Source: Azolla caroliniana (lineage: Eukaryota; Plantae; Polypodiophyta). Taken from it: a stretch of 64,000 nucleotides of DNA. The stretch lies in NCBI GenBank assembly GCA_043228905.1, contig JBHGNT010000022.1:9238001-9302000 (forward strand), given 5' to 3'. Of the stretch, positions 1 to 13,249 are shown piece by piece. The notes under the pieces are model-generated. The model ran no database searches and was not told where the DNA came from. It was given only the letters and a program-made list of their open reading frames with translations. Every line of letters starts with the position of its first letter. The stretch's first letter is position 1. Position numbers and translations under genes: made by a program.

Positions 1-468
1 CAGTATCATTGTCTGACAAGGTACTGATGCATCTTGTACTCCCAAGATGTGAAATTAGTCTTGTCGAGCTTCTCCGTAGGAAGGGAACTTCCCATTTGAG
101 TATTCATGGTGATTTCTTCTTTGTTAATAAGCCGGTTCTATTCATCGTCGGTTTGTACCACAACACAGTCGAATAGATTTGATTAAGCAACCACACGCTC
201 TAATACCATGTAAAGAGGAGCAAGAGTGGCTGAGATGCAGTGGAAGGATTGTGTGTACGTAAGGCAAAACAGAGAGAGAGTGTGAGAGAGAGCTTAAGAC
301 AGAGATAATTGTATATTACATCCAACAGTAACAAGGTTACAAAGGGTTGGTTTAAATACCAACTAAACTAGGGCAAGGGCCCTTTCTACTATTTACAAAA
401 CTAACATGGTATGTCCATGAGCTAGTGTGAAACCTATTTCAATGGGAAGTTGAGTTTGATTCTCAACA
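1..468 (-). mobile_element. 5' end of a Ty1/copia element running off the left edge: 5' LTR 209-468, PBS 197-208, gag start at 107
   Basis: The minus strand reads TGTTGAGAATCAAA...TTTACA then TGGTATTAGAGC (tRNA-iMet PBS, 1 mismatch). ATG at 107 gives MNTQMGSSLPTEKLDKTNFTSWEYKMHQYLVRQ*, closely matching the gag start of the element at 5857. Confidence 0.85.
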
Positions 469-535
469 TGATCATTCAAAAAGTTATTTTTTTTATGGAA
501 TAAGTGTGAAGTTTAAAAATTATTATAAAGGTTAG

Positions 536-794
536 TATTGAGAATCAAACTCAACTTAGTCTAGTGTGTGAACACACCTTTACGAATTTCACTATTTAAT
601 GTTTCTATATCAAATAGTGACGAGCTCACCACCACCTTGTAACATAACTAATGTGTCAAGTTATATTCTATGACCACCACCCTGAGAAAGAGGTGGAGAC
701 TTAAATGCCTACTACCTATGCTAATTTGCATGTCAAGATTTTGTGTGTCATTTGAGTGTATATTTAGCATATTTGTTGCATCATTAGTTGTATT
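536..794 (+). mobile_element. Degenerate LTR-like segment of the same copia group, interrupted by the element at 795
   Basis: Starts TATTGAGAATCAAACTCAACTTAGTCTAGTGTGTGAAC, matching the LTR starts at 5857 and 9397 (TGTTGAGAATCAAGCTCAACTTGGTCTAGTGTGTGA). Far end not located. Confidence 0.6.
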
Positions 795-1373
795 TGTTGG
801 GAAATCGGTTTCTCCGGATGGGACCCGATGATGAATGAAGAGGACTTGGTGAGAACCGGAAGAGATCCGGAAACCGGAGGAGACCCGGTGAGAACCGGAA
901 GAGAGACATATTTGTAAATATGTCTTGAGCAAGCCTATTGAGGCTATATTTGTAAATAGACCTAAGTTCATATAAGTATAAATATGACTTAGGGCAATCA
1001 CTTTATGTGTGTGTTATTATTATTGTTGTTAGATATTGGTGTACAGAGTGAGAGCGACTTAGAGAGAGTGTGAGATACAAAGAAATACTCTGTTGTAACC
1101 GCCGATTGGCGATGAAACAGAGCTTGAGGTCGTTGCCTCCAAGTCTCTGATTGTACCCTCTTTTCTTCATAGTGATAGTTGGAGTCTGTGGGCTCCCGTG
1201 GTTTTTCCCATTCAGGGTTTTCCACGTAAACATCCTGCGTACTCTCTTTTGTGTGTACTTCTATTCCCATTCCTATGTTGCACTCTTATCGAAGTAATTC
1301 AAGACTTGGTCGTGGCCGAGCAGTATTCCGCGCTATTCCTAACAAACTGGTATCAGAGCGAACAACACAGGAA

Positions 1374-4300
1374 ATGGAAGAATCATTCGGCGACATGTTC
1401 AAGGTCACCGACTCCAACTACTCAATGTGGAAGTCGAAGATGTGGGATATGCTGGTGGTTAAAGATCTTTGGTTGCCGGTTCAATTCGGGGACAAGAGAC
1501 CAGATAAGATTGATGCCGTAGTGTGGGAGGTGATGCACATGAAGACGACGACATACATCCGGTGGCTCATCGACATGAGCCCGTACAACAACTTCAATGA
1601 AGAGGGCAAGGCTCATGAACTTTGGAAGAAGATTGGCATCATGTTCTAGAACAAGAATGCCGTTAATCGGGTTTTGGTATTCCGGAAGCTAGTGAGGCTC
1701 CGGTACCAGAACGACTCCAATATGGCGGAGCACATGAATGCCTTCCAGGGGCTGATACATCAAGCAACCTCGTTGGAAGTACCTCTCGCCGATGAGGTAC
1801 TCGCATTGCTCTTGCTTGGTTCCCTCCCGGATAGTTGGGAGAAGTTAATTGTCACGTTGGGCAACGCCAGGCCGGAAGGAAAACAATTGTCCCTAGCAAG
1901 GGTAAAATCAAGCTTGCTGGATGAAGAAGCTCGTCGGAAGGACCGGGAGTCTGGAACCGATCCGAAGGCCTTGTTCACGGAAGATGACCACAACCGAGGA
2001 AGAGGCCGATATCAGAGTCCCTAAAATCGGGACAAATCGGGGACGAGGTCGAAGTCAAGGGGGAGGCCCACGTGCTTCTATTGCGGGAAGCTGGGACACT
2101 TCTAGAAGAATTGCCAGCATTTCCGGAAGGAGAAAGAAACCGACACTAACTATTTGAAGAAGAGTTCGGATCAAACCAGTTCGGACTGGAGAGGCCAGGA
2201 TTGGAAGGGAACGTCAGCAATCACGACAAGTGAAGAAGAACTGATGCTCATTACCGAAGAGAATGAGTTAAACCTTGTCGGCGACGAGACAACATGGGTT
2301 GTGGATTCCGGAGCGTCATTCTACCTGACATTGGATCAGAAATGCTTCTCATCCTACACAGTCGGTGATCATGGTTGTGTCCAGATGGGGAATGAAGGTA
2401 CATGCCGAATTATCGGCATAGGAGATGTGTTGTTGACGACATCAACCAGATGCAAATTGTTGCTGAAGGATGTCTGACATGTTTCGGAGGTTCGACTGAA
2501 CCTGATATCAGCCGGTCGGTTAGATGATGAAGGCTACACGGGAAACATCCGGAACGGTGTTATGAAGTTCAACAAGGGAAACTTGATAGTGGCTCGAGCC
2601 CAGAAGATCAACAGACTGTACTTGATGAATGCTCGGATATGCCGGGAAGAAGTGAACGTAGCATCCAACATTGCCAGTGAGCTGTGGCACAAAAGACTGT
2701 CACATGAGTGAGAAAGGGATGAAGAGGCTTGCCGAAGACAACCTCATTCCGGTGAAGGACATGCAACGTGAGAAGTGAAACGATTGCTTGGCCAGCAAGC
2801 AAAACCAAACTTGCTTTTGGTCAAGACCACCGATGAGACGGAATGCACCACTGGAGCTGGTGCATACCGATGTGTGTCAAGTGGACATGAAGTCACATGC
2901 CAGATCGCAGTACTTCGTGATGTTCATAGATGACCACAGTCGGAAACTGTGGGTCTCACCATTGAAGATGAAGGATCGGGTGCTATCCGTCTTCAAGGAG
3001 CTCCATGTGAGAGTGGAAAGAGAAATTGGCCGAAAGCTGAAAGCGGTTCGAGCAGATAATGGAGGAGAATACAGGGGGCAATTCCAGGAGTATTGACGGT
3101 CGAAGGGAATCCGGCTCAAGTTTACTGTGCCAAAGACGCCGGAACTAAACGGGCTGGTCGAAAGGATGAACTAGACCATAATGGAGAGAGTTCGAAGCAT
3201 GCTAGCACATGCAAAGTTACCCAAGATGTTTTGGGCTGAGGTGCTGACGACGGTGACCTATGTGATAAATAGATCATCCTTAGCACCCTTGGAAGGAGAC
3301 TCACCTCAGAAAGTATGGACCGGTAAAGATGTATCTTACTGGGATCTGAAGGTGTTTGGGTGTCTCGCATATGTGCATGTTGCAAAGGACAAGAGAGCAA
3401 AGCTGGATCCGAAGTCTAGGTCATGCATATTCCTTGGATACGACGATGATGAGTTCGGTTACCGGGTGTGGGATTTGGTCGACAAGAAGGTGTTCCGGAG
3501 TCGGGACATAGTGTTCATGGAAGACAGGACCATTGTCTACTGGGAGTCGGAGAAGAAGTTGATGAAATCTAGATCATTCAATGAAAACTGGCTTGAGGAC
3601 ACAAGGACTTACCAGGTTGAAAACCAGACGCTAGCCGGTAACCGAATGACACTCGATGAACCAGCCAGATATGGACAAGAAACAAAACCGACTGAAGAAG
3701 AAGAAGAAGAAGAAGAAGAAGAAGAAGAAGACACCGGAATCGGACAAGATCCCGAATCAGATTCGGATGAGGAACAAACGAAAGAACCGGAAGTCAGAAA
3801 CCAAGGACGGAAATATCCTCTATGAGAGAGAAGAGCCCCCTGGAGATTTCCGAATGCAGAGCATGTGTTGCTAACCGATGAGGGGGAGCCGGAAAGCTTC
3901 GAATAAGCAAAGAGAGACACCCACAACCGCAAGTGGTTGAGTGCCATGTAGGATGAGATGGATTCCCTGCATGAGAACCACACATATGAACTCACGGAGT
4001 TGCCGAAAGGGAAGAGAGCACTCCGAAACAAGTGGGTGTACAAGTTGAAACCGGGAGATGCCGGAAATCCACCTAGGTATAAGCCCCAAATCGTGGTGAA
4101 GGGCTTCCAATAGAAGAAAGGAGTGGACTTCGATGAGATCTTTGCCCCAGTAGTAAAGATGGCATCCATCCAGACGGTATTGGGCATAACGGCAAGCATG
4201 GACCTTGAGGTAGAGCAACTGGACGTCAAGACGACATTCCTACATGGCGACCTCGAAGAAGAGATCTACATGCATCAATCGGAAGGATTTGAGAGGAAAG

Positions 4301-5303
4301 GGAAGGAGCACCTGGTGTGCCGGCTGAAGAAGAGCCTATAGGGACTGAAGCAAGCTCCCCGCAATGGTACCAGAAGTTCAACTCCTTCATGACCGACCAA
4401 GGGTACCACAAGACGCAGGCCGATCACTGCGTGTTTGTGAAGAAATTTGATGGAGGTGATTTCCTAATACTCCTCCTATATGTGGATGATATGCTGATCA
4501 TCGAACAAGACCAAGGCAAGATTCAGATGCTGAAGAAGGCTCTGAACCGAACTTTCTCAATGAAAGACTTGGGGCCGGCAAGACAGATATTGGGAATGCA
4601 CATCATCCGGGACTGGTCGAAGAACCTATTGTGGTTGTCACAGGAGAAGTATGTGACAAAGGTGCTTCAACGGTTCAACATGTTGGAGGTGAAATCGGTC
4701 GGATTGACACTTATGGCAAATTGCAAGATATCCGGAAGAGAGCACTGGAACGTGGTCAAGTGGATACTCCGGTATCTAAAAGGCACGTCGAATATGCGCC
4801 TCTAGTTTGGCTCCGGAAAACCCAAACTCGATGGTTTCACGGATTCGGATATGTCGGCTGATGTAGATACTAGCCGATCGACATTCGGACATGTCATGAC
4901 TTATGTAGGTGGAGCTATTTCGTGGCAGTCGAGGCTGTAGAAGACGGTTGCATTATCAACCACGGAGGTGGAGTACATGGCATCTACAAAAGCCAGCAAG
5001 GAGATAATCTAGATGAAAGACTTCATCGGAGAGCTAGGGATCCAACAGGAAGAATACCGGCTCTACTGCGATAGTCAAAGTGCCATCCAACTTGCAAAGA
5101 ATGTGACCTACCATTCCCGGACGAAACATATCCAGCGGAGGTACCACTGGATCCGGGAGAAAGTAGAGGATCAAGAGTTCGTGCTGACGAAGATCCACAT
5201 GGAGGAGAACGGGTCAGATATGCTGACCAAGATGTTGAAAACTGACAAGCTAGATGCGTGCCGAAAGTGGTTCAGGCTAACGAGACATCCCATGCCGGAG
5301 TGA
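1374..5303 (+). pseudogene. Copia gag-pol pseudogene with many stops and frameshifts
   Basis: Gag LLLGSLPDSWE; protease WVVDSGASF; integrase LELVHTDVC...RADNGGEY; RT QLDVKTTFLHGDLEEEIYM and LLLYVDDMLI; RNase H YCDSQSAI...HSRTKHI. Confidence 0.95.
3694..3730 (+). repeat. (GAA)n microsatellite encoding poly-Glu in the INT-RT linker
   Basis: About 12 GAA units. The related copy near 54680 has only EQAEEELEEAE at this position. Confidence 0.9.
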
Positions 5304-6156
5304 AGGGGGATATTGTTGGGAAATCAGTCTCTCCGGATGGGACCCGGCGATGAATGAAGAGGACCTGGTGAGAACCGGAAGAGAGACATATTTGTTAATA
5401 TGTCTTGAGCAAGCCTATTGAGGCTATATTTGTAAATAGCCCTAAGTTCATATAAGTATAAATATGACTTAGGGCAATCACTTTATGTGTGTGTTATTAT
5501 TATTGTTGTTACATATTGTTGTACAGAGCGAGAGTGACTCAGAGAGAGTGTCAGATACAAAGAAATACTCTGTTGTAACCGCCGGTTGGCGAAGAAACAG
5601 AGCTTGAGGTCGTTGCCTCCAAGTCTCCGATTGTACCCTCTTTTCTTCATAGTGATAGTTGGAGTCTGTGGGCTCCCGTGATTTTTCCTATTCAGGGTTT
5701 TCCACGTAAACATCCTGTGTACTCTCTTTTGTGTGTACTTCTATTCCCATTCCTGTGTTGCACTCTTATCGAAGTAATTCAAGACTCGGTCGTGACCGAG
5801 CAGTAATCCAAGCTATTCCTAACAGTATTTGCAATTTTGGAGTCTCCATTAGAAGTTGTTGAGAATCAAGCTCAACTTGGTCTAGTGTGTGACCTCACCT
5901 TGAGAGTGAATAGACACTCCAACGGTCAAGAGTCACCACTATGTCACCACTTTGTATTCTAGCATTTAGTATGAGTCATAGAATCATATTCTATGACACA
6001 TAACTTATGATCTTTCACATTCCCCATGCTCCATGAGTCTTGTAGTTAATGAAGAGAGAGGGTGACTATATAAAGCACCCTCCTCCCACCTTGTATAATG
6101 TTGAGTCTTTCTCCTTTGTTAATATAATTTACCTTGCGTATTCTCTGTGTCTTATT

Positions 6157-6160
<4 letters not shown>

Positions 6161-6203
<43 letters not shown>
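6161..6203 (+). repeat. (CT)n microsatellite in the 5' LTR, expanded relative to the 3' LTR
   Basis: About 21 CT units here; the equivalent tract at ~9703-9720 is short and interrupted. Confidence 0.9.
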
Positions 6204-6208
<5 letters not shown>

Positions 6209-6332
6209 CACACAGTTCATATCTATTCCGCTACACAAGAATCATACCCGATCCTTTACATGGTATCAGAGCGATTTGGTATCTCCATCTAGCCCATCCG
6301 AAGAGAGAAGAAGAAGAAGAAGAATCGACATA

Positions 6333-9195
6333 ATGAATACTCAAATGGGGAGCGCTCTCCCTACCGAGAAGTTGGATGTTGGGAGTACAAGATGCACCAA
6401 TACCTTGTCGGACAAGGCTATTGGAGCTACATCAAAGGAGAGCACAAAGACCGACCCGTTGAAGCGGCTCCCGGATACGCGACATGGGAGCAAGCCGCAA
6501 GCTGCGTGATGTATTGCTTGGTGACATATATTCACGATCACATGCTCGGCTACATTCGCGAAGCCAAGGTGCTGAAGGAGGCATGGGAAAATCTACGAAA
6601 GATTTTCGCGGCGAACACAACCGCAAGAAGGCTTCAACTCTGCCAAGAGTTGAACAACATTCAACAAAGGGACATGTCCATCACGGCATACACCTTGAAG
6701 ATCAAGGATCTTTGCGACTCGCTCGGCTCGATAAGCATAAATATCGATGATGATAAGATGGTGCAAATATGCCTCGGTGGCCTCGCACCACGGTTCGGTG
6801 CTCACACACTCCGCAACAAAACGGAGTAGGCGAGCGCAAAAATTGGCACATACTCGAAGTAGCGCGGGCCATGATGAACGAGAAGCATATGGCCAAGTCA
6901 TATTGGGCCGAAGCTGTAAATACGGCCGTCTACCTAATGAACCGGTGCAAAACCTCTGGAGTGCATGAGTTCACTCCACACGAAAAATACTTCGAAAAGA
7001 AGCCGAACTTATCGCACACCCAGATATTCGGCGCGTAAGCGTACGTGCACATCCCTGACGAGAAGCGTCAAAAACTTGACTCGAAGTTGGAGAAATGTAT
7101 CGTCGTAGGATACTCACTGGAGCAAAAGGGGTACAAGTGCTACCACCCCTCAACTCGAAAATCTCGAGTAAGTCGAGACGTCATTTTTTACGAGTCCGCA
7201 TCTCGGTATGCACTAGAGACAACTTCGACTCCGACTCCGCTTGACCCGGAATCCGCCGAACAAAAGATAGAGGATGAAGATCGCCTTATGCGCATGTTCG
7301 AAGAGAGTCTGATCACGACCTGATTGAGCGGACCACAAGAGCCTTTGAGTGATCAAAGCACATCACGGCCTAGCCCGAAGATGGATAAAGGCAAGGCGAA
7401 AATGTCGGAATACGAAGACGATCGCTTCGACGACAATGAGTTGACTCACTCACTCGACAGTGAGTTCGGCGGCTTCGATGTACCAATCAGAGCTAAGAAA
7501 GCCCTTATCTCTGCAAATGAAAAGCTCCGCCGCTCCACCCGTAAAAAGAATCCGGTCAGCCGATTCGGCTACAACGACTACATGGCATATCACTATGCCT
7601 TTATGATGAAGGTGGCGACAATACGTGATTTAGAAACATTTTCCGAAGCAGCCAAGGATCCACGATGGATCGAAGACATGAATGAGGAGATGTAGGCATT
7701 ATGCAAAAACGAGACATGGGATCTCGTTCCCACCTCACCACACTAAAAGGTGATCGAATGCAGATGGATTTACAAAGTGAAGTACAATGCCGACGGTTCA
7801 GTCAACCGCTACAAAGCGTGAATCATAGTGAAAGGTTACGCACAAACACACGGGGTTGACTACGAAGAGACCTTTGCCCCGGTGGCATAGATGACGATGG
7901 TACATACCGTAATTGCGCTTGCCGTGGCGAAAGGGTGGCACCTCCATCAAATGGATGCCAAGAACGCCTTTCTTCAAGGAGAATTAGAAGAGGAGGGGTA
8001 TATGATACAACTACCCGACTTCAACTCGAGCACCCATCCAAAAGCTGTATGCCGACTCAAGAAGCCACAGTACGGCCTCAAGCAAGCACCGCGTGCTTGG
8101 CAGTCGAAGGTAACGCAATATCTTCATCAAATCGGCTTCCGTATGTCAAAATCGGACAACTCCCTCTACATACGAAGCGATTCTGCAAGTCTGATCATCA
8201 TCATCTTATATGTGGATGACCTAGTCATTGGAGTTGAGCATCTCGTCGAAATCAATAAGGTCAAATCCCTCCTTTCCGACATGTTCGAGATGACGGACAT
8301 GAAAGAGCCTCACTACTTCCTCGGCATCGAGGTAATTCGAACTACAGACGGAATCATGATTTCTCAATGGCACTACATCCTCAACTTGTTATACAAGTTT
8401 GGTATGGCTGAATCCAAATCCGCGGCAACCCCACTCGATCGCAATCTCAAACTCGATGTGAACTCCGGGACCAAAGTGTGTGAGCCGACTCAGTATCGGC
8501 AACTCATTGGGAGTCTCATCTACTTCACGATCACTCGACCCAATCTCAGTTCTCCGGTCGATCTCCTTAGCCAATTCATGTAAATACTGTGTGATACTCA
8601 CTTGGATTGCGCTAAGTGAATTCTACGATACGTGACCGGCACAATGGATTGCGTCATCCTCTACAATACCGCGATGCCAATACGACTCGAGGGGTACACA
8701 AATGCCGATTGGGGCGGCTACAAAGCCGATAGAAGATCAACCTCCGGATTTGTTTTCTCCCTTGACAGCGGAGCAATATCCTGGAGCAACAAAAAGCAAC
8801 CAACCGTCTCTCTTTCGAGCATAGAGGCGGAATACAGGAGCGCGGCAGTGGCCGCATGTGAAGCCGTATGGCTCAAAAAGATACTCAAGGATCTGGGCGT
8901 ACCCATCAAGGATCTGACTTCCCTTTACTACGACAACATGAGCAGTATTTATCTGGCTCGGAACCCGGTGTTCCATGCGTAGACAAAGCACATCGAAGTG
9001 CACTATCACTTCATCCGAGAGCGCGTTCTAGCTGGCGATTTCGACCTATATCACATTAGCACAAATCTTCAAACGACCGACATCTTCACTAAAGCCTTAG
9101 GAGCCAATAAGCTATGGAAATTCATGACCGATCTTGGATTGACGATCCCTGAACTGCCAAGCTTGAGGAGGAGTACTGAAGACACTACACAATAA
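6333..9195 (+). pseudogene. Copia gag-pol pseudogene lacking the gag C-terminus, protease and integrase N-half
   Basis: Gag ...CLGGLAPRFGA joins directly to integrase HTPQQNGVGERKN near 6800. RT HQMDAKNAFLQGELEE and LYVDDLVI; RNase H DRRSTSGFVF...ARNPVFHA. Confidence 0.92.
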
Positions 9196-11489
9196 TGCGT
9201 GGATTCCGCAACCGCGCAACGAAACCGCGAAGAAAGGCGCAAGCGGAAGCACAGACTTCGCAACTACGCACAATGCAAGGTGGAGCACGGATTCCGCAAC
9301 TCCGCATAAATGCGAGTCAACGCGGACTCCGGAATGCGAGTCAAAGCAGATTTCGGATACTGTTTGAAACCGACCCGACTTGAGCTTTAGGGGGCGTGTT
9401 GAGAATCAAGCTCAACTTGGTCTAGTGTGTGAACTCACCTTGAGAGTGAATAGACACTCCAATGGTCAAGAGTCACCACTATGTCACCACTTTGTATTCT
9501 AGCATTTAGTATGAGTCATAGAATAATATTCTATGACACATAACTTATGAGCTTTCACATTCCCCATGCTCCATGAGTCTTATAGTTAATGAAGAGAGAG
9601 GGTGACTATATAAAGCACCCTCCTCCCACCTTGTATAATGTTGAGTCTTTCTCGTTTGTTAATATACTTTACCTTGTGTATTCTCTATGTCTTACTCCTA
9701 GTCTCTCTCACTCTCTCTCATACACACACATAGTTCATATCTATTCCGCTACACAAGAATCATACCCGATCCTTTACAGAAGCAATATAGTTCTCATAGT
9801 GAGACATATAATTATGGCTAGCACAACAAAACCGGCTACAAGAAAGAAATAAATTGTTTATGAGGTTGAGACCATTTGGATGGTTTTCTGGTTTATTTCT
9901 GGTCCTCTCTCAATCTATCTCCCAAGCTCTTTTGTGGTCTCTCTGTAAGTAAAGTTGTTGCGAAGATATGTGCATGTGTCTAAAACATGAGCGAGACCTC
10001 TTGGCACTTGAACCAGAGAGGATGGGATTGGACGAATCATTGATGTTAGAACGATTGTAGATGTAGATTACCATCTCGGTTTCCTCTAGGGAATTAAGTT
10101 AACCTAAGTCTTAGTATTCATGTAGGTTTGCACACTTCAATTTTCTTTGGGGAATTATGTTGTCCTAACTCTTACATTTTCAAAGCATTGGATTGGACTA
10201 CTTCTTCAGATTATGGAAGGACTCACACCTCAAGAAATTTCTGAGGGGTCCATTCTTCAATTACAGTGAATCATTCTAGAGATTATTTGATTCATGAATT
10301 CTGAATTTGTTCGCTCTATGCACCACAAAATATATTTTGCCACCATCCTGCATTACCTTTTAATTTTTGTTCAAGCAAGGGATGATTATGACTAGCATCT
10401 AGAGAAAACATTTGCTCCTTTAATTGAAATATTGGGCTTCTTCACACCCTCCTATTGTCTTCATGGATTACACTCTCTCTTAAGACTCTCTTACAAGTAT
10501 ATTTCTTTGGCTCTAGTTCTTCTAATCTTAACTTTATGCGAAAGACTCTTTCTGCCACCATGGAATGAGACCAGGAAAATCTCTATCCCAAATAGTGAGA
10601 TGTCGCATATTGCAAATTAAGGCATAGCTCGTTGCTATCACAACGAATATTGGTGGTTGGATAGTTCTATGATTTGATAATGGAAAAGCATGTAAAAACC
10701 TCGATATTGAATCAAAGTTCTATTTTATTAATTCCAATAAGTTTGAGTAATTTCAATAAAGGAGGAACTTTAAAAACAAGTAAGGAATTTTAATCTTAAT
10801 GAAGGAGGTTGAATAATGGTCATGGTGGTGCAATCATAACGTTTGCTAATCTATCATTCATAATCGTATGAAAGATAATTCGGCATATCAAAATATGCCA
10901 CATTAAGTACAAGCATACAAATTTATTCACAAATGAGGACTGGTTTAATATATACACTTGATCGATTTTGGTTGATTGAGGAGGAATCAAACTTTTCAAA
11001 TGTAAAGTGTTTCGGGCCTAATGAGAACATGGTAGATACCCCCAAAACCTAAAACTGATGAAGCAATCACATATAGTACCCTAAAAACAAATTATGGGAA
11101 TGTGGATATGACTTCTTGTTAGACATGATTTCTAACTTAAGCATAAAATAAAGAAATAGATAAGATAGTAAAGAGAAAGAGAAAGAGAAGAAGGTGTCGA
11201 TCCACCCGACCACCCCCAAGCGAAGGGATCGACATGGACCTGAGGCTTGAATGGTGTTGAGTCGTACTTGGTCTGTCATGTGCTCGTCACAAGAAGTTCA
11301 CAGTCCTATGAGGATAACTAGTGTGTCCAATAAGGATAGCTAGGAGTCATATTTATAACCAGACCTAAGGCCCCCAACCAAGTTCACGTTTGGCCTCTAA
11401 GGGTTGTCTCAATCCCTAGAATTAAAAGTAAGCTCAATTAACCCTCACAATCTTATCCTCATATGTAGAAAACTATGGTTTAACTACCA

Positions 11490-12920
11490 CATATTCCCGT
11501 AACAAACTGCCCCTCTTTAAAATATTTCCCATAACATACTTCCTCTCATTCCATTGTAGCATCTTTTATAGACTTATCCATCTATTTAATTTATGGTCGG
11601 CATAAAAATGTGCTAGAGCTACGTTGAGTTGGTTTTATATTATCTCATGCAACATGTAACATATCTTGCAAATCACTTAGAAAGTTTTGTGTACTTCTCA
11701 AATCATCATGATGTATATTAACATCAACCGAAAAATGTCAATATAAAAGGACTATATCTTGTCAATGTATGCTTGAAGTTGTTATAAGAAAACTACAAAA
11801 TTGGGAGATAACATTCACATTTTGTTTGTTTCGCACCGTATATTGTAAGCATGCCCTCAATAATTGATTTACCCGTTCCATCTATCCATCGAATTGAAGA
11901 TGATTTGTAGCTCACGCTGAAGGTAGTTTCTAACTTCTTGAAGATTTGTATTCAAAAATATCAAATAAACTTGGAATCTTGATCACTCACAATGTCCACC
12001 TGTTGATGGAAATAGTGCTTGGCCACAATCGAGTCTCACTTGCACAATGGAAGAAATAGAGAACAAGACAGAAATAAGATGACAAAGTGTGTTAATGTGG
12101 AAAACCTTAATCGGGAAAAACCACGGGAGTCGAACTATCACTATGAGGGAGGAAGGGTACAATAGGAGACTAAGAGGCAACGACCTCAAGCTCTATTTTC
12201 ACCAACAGGCGGTTACAATAGAAGATGCTTTCTGTTTCTATGTGTGTGTGTGTACAACAATAACAACAACTACTCTTGCACACATACACTACTATTTTCC
12301 CTAGTTATATTTATACTCATATAACTCACATGCTATTTACAAATGTGGCCTCAACGGCCCATAAGAAACATATCTACATATCTGTCTATCTTCCGGTTCA
12401 TACAGGATCCAACCAGACCCCTTCCGTGTCCATCCAATCTAGTTTCCCGATATCCTTCTGGACGCTCCGATCTGGTTCATTCTTTTCCGGCGTCTCTGAT
12501 CCCCATCTAGAGGGACCGGCATCTCAACACCAATAATCCATCAAAATGGAATAATTTATCAATGAATTGATAAGACAATTCAGAAGTAATTATTGTGGTT
12601 TTAGTAGCAATAAACCAAGTATCATTTTAGTTAGTCTATCAACAACTACCCAAATGACATAATGGCCTTGTTCGGTCTGAGGAAGGCTAATAATAAAATC
12701 CATGGATACACTTTCCTATTTATTATTAGGAATGACATAGAAAATCTTCGTACTATCTAGCTTGGGATAAGGCTCAAATTGAGACTCCCACCGGCCAAGC
12801 CACATGTAGTTTGTTTCTTCGGTGAACTCTCATTTTTCTCTCCCATAAATGACTTTACAACAAATGATGGTTCACCTTGATGTTTGTGTATTCTATTAGT
12901 TTCTTATTGCTTACTAATGG
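11490..12920 (-). pseudogene. Heavily degraded Ty3/gypsy (chromovirus-type) integrase region, interrupted by a solo LTR
   Basis: Manual minus-strand translation gives ESVSMDFIISLPQTEQGHYVIWVVVDRLTKM (~12720-12625), DIVSDQDSKF (~11995-11965), DG*MERVNQ/IIEGML...YLPIL*FSYNN (~11890-11770) and FKEGQFV (~11520). Confidence 0.75.
12004..12529 (-). mobile_element. Solo LTR related to the LTRs of the element at 795
   Basis: Shares blocks such as GTGGAAAACC..AAAAACCACGGGAG and GAGGCAACGACCTCAAGCTCT in reverse orientation. No PBS or PPT on either side; the host integrase resumes across it. TSD degenerate (CCTGT/CCAAT). The left boundary could be 12001. Confidence 0.8.
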
Positions 12921-13249
12921 TGTTGAATGCGGGTCTCTAATGGATGTATTCACATTGTCTCCTTTTGTACACACTAGGTTTAGGCTATTTATGTAAATAG
13001 TGAGCAGTTGGCTTAAGTTAGTCAGTATATAAACTAACTTTGTAACATAGTTTTGTTGTTGTTGCAAATACAGTTCATCTTGTGCCTAACATTTCTCTCT
13101 CTCTTGCATTCTTGTTGATCTTCCTTCTTGATTCTGTTTCTAGTTGCCATTAATCTTCTTCATTGCATCTATTAACGATCTCCTCATAGACGAGTGTTGC
13201 AATTGTTCTGCACCTAGACGACCGCGTTCTCAACATCTGGTATCAGAGC
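12921..13249 (+). mobile_element. Orphan 5' LTR (12921-13235) with tRNA-iMet PBS (13238-13249)
   Basis: TGTTGAATGCGGGTC...GACCGCGTTCTCAACA imperfect inverted termini followed by TC-TGGTATCAGAGC. No partner LTR seen in the window. Confidence 0.8.

Larger units (their letters stand above)
795..5824 (+). mobile_element. Full-length Ty1/copia LTR retrotransposon (Tnt1/Tork-like), decayed
   Basis: LTRs 795-1344 and 5314-5824 (TG...CA); TSD GTATT at 790-794 and 5825-5829; PBS TGGTATCAGAGC 1348-1359; PPT GGAGTGAAGGGGGA just before 5314; domain order gag-PR-INT-RT-RH. Confidence 0.97.
5857..9778 (+). mobile_element. Ty1/copia LTR retrotransposon with an internal deletion
   Basis: LTRs 5857-6260 and 9397-9778; TSD GAAGT/GAAGC (1 mismatch); PBS TGGTATCAGAGC 6261-6272; PPT-like TTTAGGGGGCG before 9397. 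Confidence 0.95.

Noticed and set aside
9779-11300. AT-rich stretch with faint copia-like traces (e.g. GAAAACATTTGCTCCT, 'TFAP', near 10405)
   Set aside because: Too degraded to translate convincingly by eye; left unannotated.
11860-11885. Apparent Walker A (DGTGKS) on the minus strand
   Set aside because: An off-frame reading of the gypsy integrase motif DG-ERVNQ, not an ATPase or helicase.
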